Source: Paramecium tetraurelia (Eukaryota). From it: a stretch of DNA of 64,000 bases. Location: positions 62,001 to 126,000 of the forward strand of contig CT868552.1 in NCBI GenBank assembly GCA_000165425.1. The letters are read 5' to 3'. Below, piece after piece: positions 52,734-64,000 of this stretch. Each line of letters starts with the position of its first letter. Within the stretch, counting starts at the first letter, position 1. The position numbers and the translations under genes were made by a program. The notes below the pieces were generated by a model, which made no database searches, had not been told where the DNA came from, and saw only the letters and a program-made list of their open reading frames with translations.

Positions 52734-52791
52734 TTAGTTAACTAAAATTGATATTCACTATATAATTTATATATATATATAAGAATTTTAA

Positions 52792-54426
52792 ATGGCGAGT
52801 TTTGCATCTAGAACAGGGTAGAAAGTAAGAAATTTTCAAATTTTAGATTAAAGAATGGTGGGGAGCCAAAGTCACAGTTGATCCTCAGTTGGAAACCAAA
52901 AAGCAAAGGATTAATGAGATAGATCAATATATCAAGGGGTTGTCACAATCCTTTAGCAATATTTCAGCATTATTTTAATGTACACCCAATTATTTACTGT
53001 AGAAATGCATGGCCATATGGGACGAATCAGCTCGATCACTCAGAAGTTGTTTGAGAAGGAAACTGATACTAATAAGAGAATAGGAATTGAAGTCACATCC
53101 ATGTTTGGCAACCTTTCAGAACTATTCCGATCAAAGGTATATAAGAATATTAGAGATTAGACAGAACCAGCATCGGAGTTGAATAAAAATTATGGAGAAT
53201 GGTTTTAAACTATAGAAACATTGAAAATCCAACTTACGAATTTCTCCGAGGTTAGATTGGTTTATGATCATTATAAATTGAAAGTGGATGAATTGGAGAA
53301 GGATCGATCCAATGCAATTTCAAAGGGATTGCCTGAGGATTTTAAATTATCAGATAAAATTAGGAGAGTATCAATTTTAAATAAATATTTAGAATCAAAG
53401 TAAATTATCAAGTTCTGAAACAAATTATAAATAAAAGCTATCTGAGATTTTAAATAACATGAACAAATTATTGGGAAATTACTATAGAATGATAAATTAG
53501 AGTCTCGATTCTGTAAGAACATTTCCTTATATTAGTTTATTACTATCAATTTTGATTTGTATATGAATGCTAAATCAATTGTCAAGAAAAATTAAAAAGC
53601 ATTTAATAAATTTAAATATCCAGAATTAGAGCCCATAATAGATCTATTAAGAGAGTAGAAAGAGATGTCATCATTATTAGAGAGAGAATAAATAAAAGAG
53701 AAAGAATTAAAAGAATTGAAAGAAAAGGAAAAAGAGAAAGAAAAAGAAAAGGAGAAAGAAAAAAATATCAATGAAAAAGATGAGAAACAATAGTAATAAC
53801 CACCACCATAACAAACTCCTTAATGGGAAGTTAATAATAAATTTAACCCTTTTGGTTAGACTCAATAAATGAATTCACAAACTCATTCCATGATTAATAA
53901 TCCCCAAATGATGAATCCTATGATGAGCTCTTAAACTGATTTTGGTAGTGGATTCGGAGTTAATCAAATGGCTAAGTAATAATAATTTATGAACCCGATG
54001 ATGTCTCAAAGGTAATCTGTGCAACCATAAAGTATGAATAATAATTTCGCTATGAATTTTCCACCCAATCAAAATAGACCTGATGTGTTTGATGACGTGG
54101 GATTATAAATGATGAGCGATATAAGAGCTAGCTAGATGAATGCTTGGTAGCAATAATAATAATAACCATATGCCTAGAGTCAAATTCTTAATTAAAATAA
54201 TTTTGTTAATAATAATCCATTTATGAGTTCACAACAGATGAGCCAAAGAGCTAGTATGTAATAAAACTAAGGGTTTTAATAATTTGATTCCTAAATTAAT
54301 AGATAGCAATAGCCAAACCCTTTTGCGGAGTTAGACAATGAGACTTAAAGAAGGGCTATGTATGATAATCCATATACGTACAATCAGCAATTTTAAGATA
54401 ATTAAAAGACTAATCCTTTTGCATGA
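52792..54426 (+). CDS. BAR-domain protein with C-terminal NPF motifs
   Basis: TVDPQLE..., RLVYDHYKLKVDEL...KIRRNQSKL resemble a BAR domain; EK-repeat linker; Q/N/M-rich tail with four NPF motifs ending TNPFA*. Confidence 0.78.
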
Positions 54427-54478
54427 TTAATATTATATCTATTTATAAATTCATTTTTATATATTATTTGAACCTATA

Positions 54479-56242
54479 ATGAAATAAAAGTAATTAACAA
54501 CAAAAAAGTCAGACATTGATCTAGGTAATAAAGATCAGTTAAATTTTATAATTGAAATTCTCTAAAAAGATCAGAGCCTAAAGACCAATCAAGAGGTCGA
54601 CATTGTAAGGAAGGCTTTTATCTCTTTCAAGTTTTTTCAAGACTTAGAATAGTAGATGGGTCAAGAGATGGTAAGTAACTTATATCGATAATTATCCTAC
54701 GAGACCATTAAGGCAAGATAAGTAGTGTTCAATCTCGGGGATATTGGAAAGAAGTTCTATATCATACTCTCTGGCAGCGTTTGGGTTCTCATATAGAAAA
54801 AGGGACTCTAAGATGATAATCAGATAGGTGAGGAGGAGAAAAAGCAGGAGGAAGAACTAAGAAAATAGAATACAAGGAAGGCTACTTTGAAGCATCAACA
54901 AAGTATGTTGAAATCTAAGAGATTCAAAAAGCAGGAAACTTTCGTAACTGAAACGAATCAAGTGCATTTAGACGAAGTGTACGCTAAAATGACGGATGCA
55001 GAATATTTAGATTGTCAATTTCCCACGCTGTAAAAGGTAAGTTAAATGAAATCAGGGGATAACTTTGGAGAGATTGCATTAACTAAATAAGTTCCAAGAA
55101 CAGCTACCATAGTAGCAGCTGAAGATACAAATTTTGCAATAGTATCTAGGGAACAATTCAATATTTTATTATCATCATATTATGAACATTTACAATAGCA
55201 AAATGTGATGTTTTTATAGAGAGTCCCTGCTTTTACAGAATGGAATGAACAGATGTTAAATTAAATTTATTATCATTTTACTTTTGAAGATTATAAAATG
55301 TTTGATGTAATTTATAAAGAAAATTAACCTTCAAAGTATTATTTTATATTAATGATGATAGTAAAATTTACATTGTGTAGAATGGAGAAATAGAGATTTC
55401 TTAAAGTATAGAAGTTGGTACTTTGGTTACTGAAAATAATTTAACAATTTAAAAGTTTTTCAAGAAAAATGATAAAAAATACGAAAGAGTGAGGACTGGG
55501 ATAATCACATCTGGATTGATTTTTGGTCATGAAGAGGTTATTAGGGATGTGGTAAGAGAACATAAGGCTGTTTGTTTGAGTTAAAAAGCATAAGTATTTT
55601 CATTGGATAAGGATAGATTTTTGTAATTCTTCAAAAAAGGAGGAGCCATCTAAAAATTAATTAAACTTGATCAAACTAATTATTCTCGTAAGTCTAAGAG
55701 TGTTTCAGTCTTAAAAGAGATTAAATAATTTTCTCCGGCTATTACATTTAGAGAAATTCCATTTTTTGAGGAAGATGACAAAATTTCTGATTTTGTTATA
55801 AAAAAAGCTAAAAATGCTGTAGATCGCGTTGGGAATGAACCTAAACGTAATGGATATGAGTTTTTGTAAGGCAAAGGTCACATAAATAAAGCACATTACA
55901 ATTTTCAAAAGAATCTAGACAAATTGAAAAGAAACTTGAAGCACAGTGTACCTTTAAATATCAACACATGTTTATTTGAATTGGATTCAAATAAAGGGAC
56001 AGCAATAAGTATAATGAATAAGGTATGAAATTGAATTGAGATTTGAGGTATTTCCAAGTTCTAGTCGTCCCAAGTACGAGATACCGAAATTCTCAATGAC
56101 ATCAAGAATAGTGATTAAATCATTAAAGTTGCCAAAATTATTGAATGAAGTTGAGGTATTGTTGTTTTCGAATAAAGAATCAATGATCTCAAATTCAACC
56201 ACAATGTATAAATAGTAAGCAGCAGTAAAAGATGATGAGTGA
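54479..56242 (+). CDS. protein with two cyclic-nucleotide-binding domains
   Basis: VVFNLGDIGKKFYIILSGSVWV, GDNFGEIALTKQVPRTATIVA, second repeat VIYKENQPS..IYIVQNGEIEI..IFGHEE. Confidence 0.88.
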
Positions 56243-56267
56243 TCTCATAGATTAATATGTTTAAAAT

Positions 56268-56734
56268 TCAATTTTTCTTAATTAATTTTCGAGTCTAATA
56301 TTGATGATTATGCACAACATTTTCATCATTGTATTTAGTTGAACCCTCTGCACTACTGATAATTATGGATGGGATACCTATTTATTTTTTGCTCGGTTGT
56401 TCTATTTTCTTCGAATCTTCATAGTCCTGTTTCCTTGAATTAGTCTTGCAAATTTCTGTCTCCTATATAATATTGGCTGTTTGATACTTCTAATCTGTTG
56501 ATTTTGGAAATCAGATCTCCTTTCTCTTACAGTAACTCTTTAAGTTATTGAGTCAAAACTACGTTTGCAATGTAGAGTCTCATGTATTCATGCTAGTAAT
56601 TGATTCCTCTTTTCTGTTCAAAAGACACCGCAACTTCATCCTCTATGTGTTCTCCCATGGTTGGAGTGTATAGCAAGCCTTTTCGGATAGAATCGCTATG
56701 TAATAGGGTGTGGAATGTACCAATTATCAAGCAT
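56268..56734 (-). CDS. hypothetical protein with short coiled coil
   Basis: MLDN|intron|DSIRKGLL...YQHEYMRLYIANVVLTQQLKELLQEKGDLISKINRLE|intron|...KKN*. Confidence 0.7.
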
Positions 56735-56817
56735 TTGAATTCAAATTTATTATTATTAATGATAATGCATTCATATATAAAATTTTTAATGACATTATAT
56801 TTTAATAATATTGTTAA

Positions 56818-57784
56818 ATGATTAAATTCAGACAAATCTTTTTGATTATTCTTGCAATTGTAATTCCCGTTGTTCGAGGCCAAATGGAAGACATCAGTTT
56901 TGGAGAGAAGCACATCTACGTTAACACTTTCCAGTAATATATCGAAAAGGTACTTCCCTTTAACTAAGAAGATTATATTTGGATCGATTGGAGGAATCAT
57001 GCAATATTTGATTTGCTGTTCGATTGTGGAGTACTACAACCCAATGCCAAAGAATAAACTACGTCTTTAGAATATTTTTAGGGAAATCAGATATGGAATA
57101 GTATAACTCATATTTGGATGCTTCGTATCTATGGTATATATTGTATTTACAATTATAAGTCCTTTTATTATTATTTATATCCCTACACTCCATACTACAA
57201 ATATTTTGAAACCCATGATTATACACTCTTTCACTTCCTTTACGGAATAACATTTCATTGGCTATGGACTACATGTATAATTCCTTCCTTAATTTATTTT
57301 TTATTTAGGCGTTGGATATTGGACTCATAGGATGCTCCACTTGAAATATTTTTATAGGTACATCCATAGTGTCCATCACTCCTTTAAGGAACCTTCTGCT
57401 TTCTGCTATTGTGCTGCTCATCCCTTGGAAGGATTCATTGAGGGCAATCTTCTGCTCCATACTGCTGAATTGATATTGCCAATTCATCCTATGTAAACTA
57501 TGATTTATGGAGGAATGATGGCATTCAACGACCTATTCGCCCATGATGGAGGGTATTAGATTCATTTACATCATAGAAAATACGATCACTCCGATCACTA
57601 CAGACACCATCTATATTATGTAGTAAACTACGGCGATGCTAAGATTGATCGATTCTTCGGAACTGCATACGATCCAGTATTTAAATTATAGATATTCTAG
57701 AAAAACTATCCAGTCAAGGAGAAATGCACTTACTTACCTGATTTTAAAGATAAAGAACATCCATTATTTTAGAGATACAAATGA
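56818..57784 (+). CDS. sterol C-5 desaturase-like (ERG3/SC5D, fatty-acid hydroxylase superfamily)
   Basis: His boxes WTHRMLH, IHSVHH, HDG, DHYRHH; EPSAFCYCAAHPLEGF resembles ERG3 PTPFASHAFHP; VNYG. Confidence 0.85.
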
Positions 57785-57818
57785 TAATATATATTAATAT
57801 TAAATATAAATTTTATAT

Positions 57819-58086
57819 ATGTGTATCGAATTTGCTTTCAAGAGAGGTGGAATTACACTCATCAGGAATTTCATTCATTCAGCCGAAGGAGTCAAGAAGT
57901 ATTCATTGTTTCATTTAACAATAGTGGACTTCCAACTGCTGTTCAAAACAGATTATCCATTAATTACAAACTCAGAACATACACTCAAGGAAAAGTCACT
58001 GATGTCAGATGTAAATTGTATGACTTAACACTTTAGTTATCACTGATCCAGTTGCAGGATATTAAGCCAAAGGAGACAAGAAATGA
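57819..58086 (+). CDS. mitochondrial F1-ATP synthase subunit epsilon (ciliate type)
   Basis: Spliced MCIEFAFKRGGITLIRNFIHSAEGVK.GLPTAVQNRLSINYKLRTYTQGKV...AKGDKK* resembles, from memory, the Tetrahymena epsilon subunit; two tiny introns. Confidence 0.75.
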
Positions 58087-58990
58087 TTTATAATCAAAAC
58101 AAACAAAATAATTTACGATTTCATAGCATATTAGAAGTTTAACATTTTTGCCATCACCTGTTTTTCCCATTTCATTTTTATTACTTCCACACCCTTACAA
58201 AGATTTCTTCGTATATATTATGATAAATATTTCTCCATGTTTTTCAAAATCAACATTACTTTTAAATTGTTAGTTTATTTTTATTTCTTAAGTATTTATA
58301 TATCTAATTAAAATAAATTATACCATTTACAAGTTTTGAATCTACACATCCTCTTCAAAAGTGAGATTTTCAAATAATTGATTATTAAAAGAATTTTTAA
58401 TCTCATTTTTTAACATATCATATAAATCTAAAAATAAAATAGAACTTGCTTTATAAATATATATTTGAAATCTTGATTTAGAAATGTACCAAAAGATGGA
58501 AGGTTAAAAAGTGTAATAAATATATTATTGAATTAATGAATTATTGTTTATATATATTAATTCAAATTTATACTAAAATTACAGTATAAAACTATGTAAA
58601 TAAAATTTATTTTAAATAATCTAAGAAATCAAATTAACCATATACTGAGTTAAATAAATAAGAATTAGTCTAATTCTTACACTCTTAGAGTTTTCTCATT
58701 ATTAAATCAAGAAAAAATAATTAATTTTTAAGATTGCAAAATGTACTTTATTATTAACTTTGAAACAAAGGTTGATTCTGAAACATAATTATTTAATATG
58801 AAGAAATACTCCAGTGACAATTAAGGGATGGCTTTAAAATATATTAAAATTAAAGTTTGTTACTACTTAAATAGGTTTTAAATATAAATTAAAATATTTT
58901 GAAATAACAAAATAGTTTCGACCTGCAATTAATGGAGTAGATTGAAATATATCCAGAGGATTTAATTTAATTTGTTATTTAGAATATGAA

Positions 58991-60556
58991 TCATTCCACT
59001 TTTTGAACTTGAATTTGATGTTCCTTAACAATATGTTCTAGACCAGCATTCTAAATTAGAACAAAATCTGAATATCCATGCCTTAATAATATTGTCGCAG
59101 CAGTTTTAGCTCTGGCACCTGAACGACAGTAGATATGTAAGGTTTTATCCTTAGGAATCAAATCAAGCTAGAAGGAATAAACATGGATACTTACTTGGTT
59201 CTCGATTTAGAATAAAGGAATCATCAAAGATCCTGGAACAATTCCTGTGGTTTTAAATTCAGGAGGATTTCTGCAATCAATGAATACATGATTTTGAGGT
59301 TAATCTTTGGTATCTAAGAAATCTTTCAAATCAACAATATTTAATTATTGGACTTCTCCTCCATTTCTGACATAATTGTCAAATCCTCCCTCTAGATATC
59401 CAAGGATATTTTCATATCCTATTCTAAGCAGTCTGATAATGGTTATTTCTTCCTTGCCTTCATCTGCCACAATGACTATTCTTTGATCAGGCTTGAAGAG
59501 GATGCCAACAAAAGAAGCGAGAGTAGCGACTTATGTGATGTTGATGGAACCTTTGATAATTCCCTTATTAACAACATCTCTGGAGTCTAAAATTAAGGCA
59601 CCATCTGCAGCGACTTGAGCAAACTCTTGATAACTCAATGGTTTAGTAACTTTCGATTTAATATTTAGTAGATCATTAGCCCCTTGACGGTTCTAAGATG
59701 TAAATATTTCAAATAATTACTAATTGTACATCGTGGAAGAAATACTGAGGAGGAGCTGGGATATCGGTTGATATCTTCACAAACTCTTCCTCTGTAATAT
59801 TCTATAATGCCCAATTTTTGAGTTTTTATTCGCCAATAGTACTGACAGTGCCAGCTCCAATGGCTTTGCCACATGAAGATCCAGCTCCATGTCCAGGGTA
59901 TAGAATGACATCATCCTCAAGTTTCATAATCTTATTTCTCAGGGAGTGATAGAGTAGAGAAGCAAGTTGATGAGTGGTTAATCCTGAGGATTTAGATGCA
60001 AGATCTGGTCTGCCGACTTCTTCAAGGAAGAGAGAATCTCCACTGAAAACTACATGGTCTTTGTCGTCTACTACGAGTACGAAACAGCTTGATTCCAAAG
60101 TGTGGCCAGGGGTGTGCACTACTCTAAGATATGCTCTTCCGAGAGGCAATAATTCTAAGGGTTGATATAAAATTAAAATTAATACCTTCATCTTAAGCAA
60201 TTTTAGCTTAATATTAAGTTACAGCTTATGGGCCCAGTACAATTTGGGCTCCTGTAATTTTAGCCAAATCTAAGTGTCCTGCCACGAAATCAGCATGCAG
60301 ATGAGTTAAGATAACATATTTGATAACAGAATTTCTGGATTCAGAAAACTTACTAATATACATAGGATGGGTTCTATTACATATAATCTTCGTAGTCTCT
60401 CATAGGGTCAATTATGGCAGCCTCGTTGTTGGATTCAATGTAATATGAAAATTAACCCAAACAGCTGACTTAGAATTGTTGTATGAAGAAGTTCTCTCCG
60501 CTTTGTTGAGCCTTTTGAGTATTGACATAGGCTGGTGTGGCAGTACATGCATTCAT
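58991..60556 (-). CDS. metallo-beta-lactamase-fold persulfide dioxygenase + two rhodanese domains (CstB/Blh-like)
   Basis: SCLGQFSYYIESNNEAAIIDPMRD, LTHLHADFVAGH, HTPGHTLES, FSGDSLFLEEVGRPDLA, YPGHGAGSSCGK; rhodanese 1 without active Cys; rhodanese 2 IYCRSGARA. Confidence 0.92.
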
Positions 60557-60703
60557 TTAGGATTATACAAAATATTTTTATTTAAAAAGATTTAGATGTT
60601 GAAATCCTTTACATTTCAATGCAAACCCATAATTTTATGAATTATAAATAATTGCATTAGAATATTTAATTTCCCTATTTTTGATTTGTATAAAATTGAT
60701 AAT

Positions 60704-62023
60704 TCAAACATCTAATAATATTCTTCTTGGATCTTCAATTGAAGTAGCTAATTTCTTAAGGAAAGTGGCAGCATCCTTTCCATCAAGAATTCTGTGATCA
60801 TAAGTCAAGGCAAGATACCTATGAGATGAATTATGATTGATACATCATAGGACGAGCAACAATTTAATCGTTTCTGACAACTGGTCTATTGACAATAGCG
60901 TGCATTCCCAAAATGGCAGATTGAGGAGCATTAATGATTGGTGTTCCCATCAAACTTCCAAAAACTCCACCATTTGAGATTGTGAATGTACCACCGACCA
61001 TGTCGTCTGCGGAGATTTTTCCTTGTCTCCCCTTTTCAGCTAAATCAATAAGTGTCTAATGAATTAATAGTGTTAAGTACTTTTTCGATATCAGCGAAAC
61101 TGAGACGTTCGCAATTTCTGAGTACTGGTACCATGAGTCCAGTGGGTGTGGCAACAGCCATAGAAATATCAATGTAATTTCTATAAACAATATCGGTGCC
61201 ATCGATAACTGCATTGACAATGGGTTGTTCTTGCAATTGTTTGACAGCAGCCTTAATGAAGAATGAACTGAACCCCAATTTGACATTGTGCTTTTTTTAG
61301 AAATCCTTCTACATGGCTTCTCTTGCCTCCATAACAGCACTCATGTCACATTCCTAAAAAGTGGTAAGCAATGCATAAGTATTCTAAGCATCCTTCAATC
61401 TCTAAGCGATGCGTTGTCTCATTCTTGACATTGGTTCCTAATTGTATATTTAGAGATGTACTCTTTTTTCTGTTCTCTAAGTGGGAGTTGTAACAGATGG
61501 AGCCACAGGTTTCTTCTCAGCAGGTTTTGCAGCTGGAGGAGGAGTGCTCTTTTAGGCTGCAGGTGCTTCTTGCTTTTATTCTTATTTCACTTCTTGCTTT
61601 TATTCTTTCTTTTCTTCCTTCTTAGTTTCTGGAGTTGCTGCTGCACCAGCTGGCTTAGCAGCTGTAGTATCGATTTCGTAAAAGGGTTTGCCAACTTCAA
61701 CTTTAGCACCATCAGCAGCAAACATTTATGTAATCAATCCTGAGTCTGCACATCTGATGTCAATGGTGACTTTATCTGTCTCTATCAATGCAATCACATC
61801 ATCTTGATTCACATAATCTCCCACCTCTAACTATCAAATTTAACAAGCATACTCTTTTGCAATTCCTTGACATCTCCTTCTGTAATTGAATCACCCATTG
61901 TAGGCACATTCACTACCTTTTCTAATTACTTAATATCAACCATTTACTTGAGAAATAGAATTTTGGTATTTGAGCAAATTGTGTTTACGATACTTTGAAC
62001 AAAGAGACTGCAAACTATCTCAT
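60704..62023 (-). CDS. DLST: 2-oxoglutarate dehydrogenase E2 (dihydrolipoamide succinyltransferase)
   Basis: [11 protein letters not shown], lipoyl [66 protein letters not shown]. Confidence 0.96.
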
Positions 62024-62290
62024 ATCTTAATTAAAAATTTAGAATAATTATCCAACTATTGTTGTGTATTTAACACAATATTATATATTAATCACAATTC
62101 ATCATCACAAATATATTTATCTATCCTAATTATTCTTGAACAATTTATGATATTCTATCGATTCTGATTAACTAATAAAAGGAGGTGATTTCTAAAGTAA
62201 TTATCAAATTGTAGGCTGAAAATTAGAATTGAATTTATGAAAATTATATTATTATATGGTTACATTTAAAAATAGATTCATTTTAATTTG

Positions 62291-63662
62291 TCAATGTTTA
62301 GCCTTTCCAAATCCCACCATGTTAACGTCTCTGTCATAAATGCTCAAGTATTTTGTTAGGAAGATATCTCCTAGAATCCAAGCTGGACCCTGAGGATCTG
62401 GAATGTCTAAAGGCATAAATGCGCCAATGCATTGTTTAGCAGATCCTTCAATGAAGGCAGAGGCTGACACCTCATTACTCAAAGGGATTTCAGTTCCATC
62501 TTCTTTCAACTCCATAATGTAATCTTTAGCTTCAAGATCATAGTTGACTCCATCAATTCTGAATGTGAGAGTAGGTAATTCCTTCAGATTAGAGCAGTTA
62601 TCGTCGATATTGGTAAGATCTTAAATCATTGTAATGAGGTTAATTACCTAGCAATTTCATTAGGTCATCATATGGACCAGTAATTAAGGAAGTACCAGTA
62701 TCAGCAACAACCTTGCAACCTTTGGGGCAGAATCCTTAATCTTGGCCATTGACCAGAATGTTCTCAGCTTTGATCATCCAATAGTATTTATCAATCACAG
62801 GATGATAATGAACTGGACCATCCAGTTTAGTAACGTCATAGCCTCCGAAAGTAAGTTATGATTCGTAGCTATTAACTTTGTTACTCATGTAGAATGAGAA
62901 TTGATTGGATTGCAATTTCTTTTATTTCATAATGTTATCGAACAAGGGATTCAAATCATAAGCAGCCATGGAAGGATATGCTAGACCAACAATGCCATCG
63001 AACCCCGACTTAAACATTGATGTTATTAAATTACATTTTAGAACACAGCACCATTTTCTTCAACTATTTCTGCAATGTTTTGATCTTCAACTTCTATTTC
63101 TCCTAATTTGACAACGTCTGAATTCACCTCTCCATTCAAATCTCCAGTACCGAATTGGACATTCAAGGCATATCCAAGATGTTTGGATCTAAAACTTGGT
63201 TTGTATTGTGTATGTTATTTGCATCCTTCATTTTTGCATTTCACAGAATCAATCCAGAAATTGGCAGATCCAGTATCAAAGATAACCTAGAATTCTTGAT
63301 CACCAACAGTGATTGGTCCAGTAAATTAAGTATTCTTGAAATTATGTAATTTAAGATCTGCCTATCTCTTCTCTGTAGTTTATTATGGTTTTGGTACGTA
63401 ACCTCCAAATTCGATTTCCTAAATATCAATTGGGGTCTATTATCTGAAGTAGGTTTATTTGGTGGTTAAAAAGTCGTACATTTCCTTTGCTGAGACCTAT
63501 TTGGAGTAGGGACTAATTGAATACGATCGTGTGAGTTTCCTTTAACTTTATTGTATAGAGTTTATTCTCTTGTGATGTAGTACTTTGGTCTTGTAGGAAG
63601 GTACCTTGCTCTTGTCCACAGAAGACAAGGACAATCAGAAGGGAGTATAGGAATATGTTCAT
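62291..63662 (-). CDS. pepsin/cathepsin D-like aspartic protease with signal peptide
   Basis: MNIFLYSLLIVLVFCG signal; VIFDTGSANFWI; FDGIVGLAYP; VADTGTSLITGP; WILGDIFL. Confidence 0.95.
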
Positions 63663-63689
63663 AGTATAAAAACGATAATAAAAATTTAT

Positions 63690-64000
63690 ATGTAACCACT
63701 TTGTGATCCAGCACAGGATAGAGTAGTCAAGTAAGTTCCCTTACCTCCTCATCGACCACTAGATAATGATCTTATGTTTCCAGCCAAGAATTAAGGTAAT
63801 AGATGGCTATTGAAAATAGGGAAACCTGACTGGAAACTAATAAAGGAGCATTTAGAAAGAGAGGGAAGAATTGCGAAGAAGGAAGTAATAAAATTAGTAT
63901 CAATGGCGAACAAAATCTTCAGTAAGCAATTTTTCATTATAGTAAAGAGAATGAAGGTGGTTTGATACATCTTTCCGATCCTTTGACCGTGGTAGGAGAT
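63690..64000 (+). CDS. calcineurin A / PP2B catalytic subunit (N-terminal part; continues beyond window)
   Basis: MQPLCDPAQDRVVKQVPLPP..., KPDWKLIKEHLEREGRI, NE..LIHLSDPLTVVGD. Confidence 0.88.

Noticed and set aside
52640..52795. Alternative splice model fusing the 52047 gene in frame to the BAR gene
   Set aside because: A canonical 26-nt intron gives a normal TGA at 52731, and the intervening TA-rich sequence looks like an ordinary spacer

Overview
AT-rich, gene-dense eukaryotic DNA from a ciliate macronuclear genome, most likely Paramecium (inference). Genes read through TAA/TAG as Gln (genetic code 6), stop only at TGA, and are split by tiny 20-35 nt GT-AG introns, so the supplied standard-code ORF track is fragmentary and often on the wrong strand. 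I re-translated by eye and support about 35 protein-coding genes, one DEAD-box (Spb4/DDX55-like) pseudogene, a U2 snRNA with its upstream element, and tRNA-Thr(TGT). Gene spans include introns; boundaries are manual and may be a few bases off. Most notable: a GPCR-like 7TM/PIP-kinase fusion, an ATGA stop/start overlap between ThrRS and a tyrosine phosphatase, an HtrA/PDZ pseudoprotease lacking its catalytic triad, a bacterial-type MBL + tandem rhodanese sulfur enzyme, an apparently intronless AIG1/septin-like GTPase with a Cys/His leader, an unexplained island directly downstream of U2, and a 27-bp bidirectional promoter. I saw no CRISPR arrays, rRNA genes, transposases or telomeric repeats.
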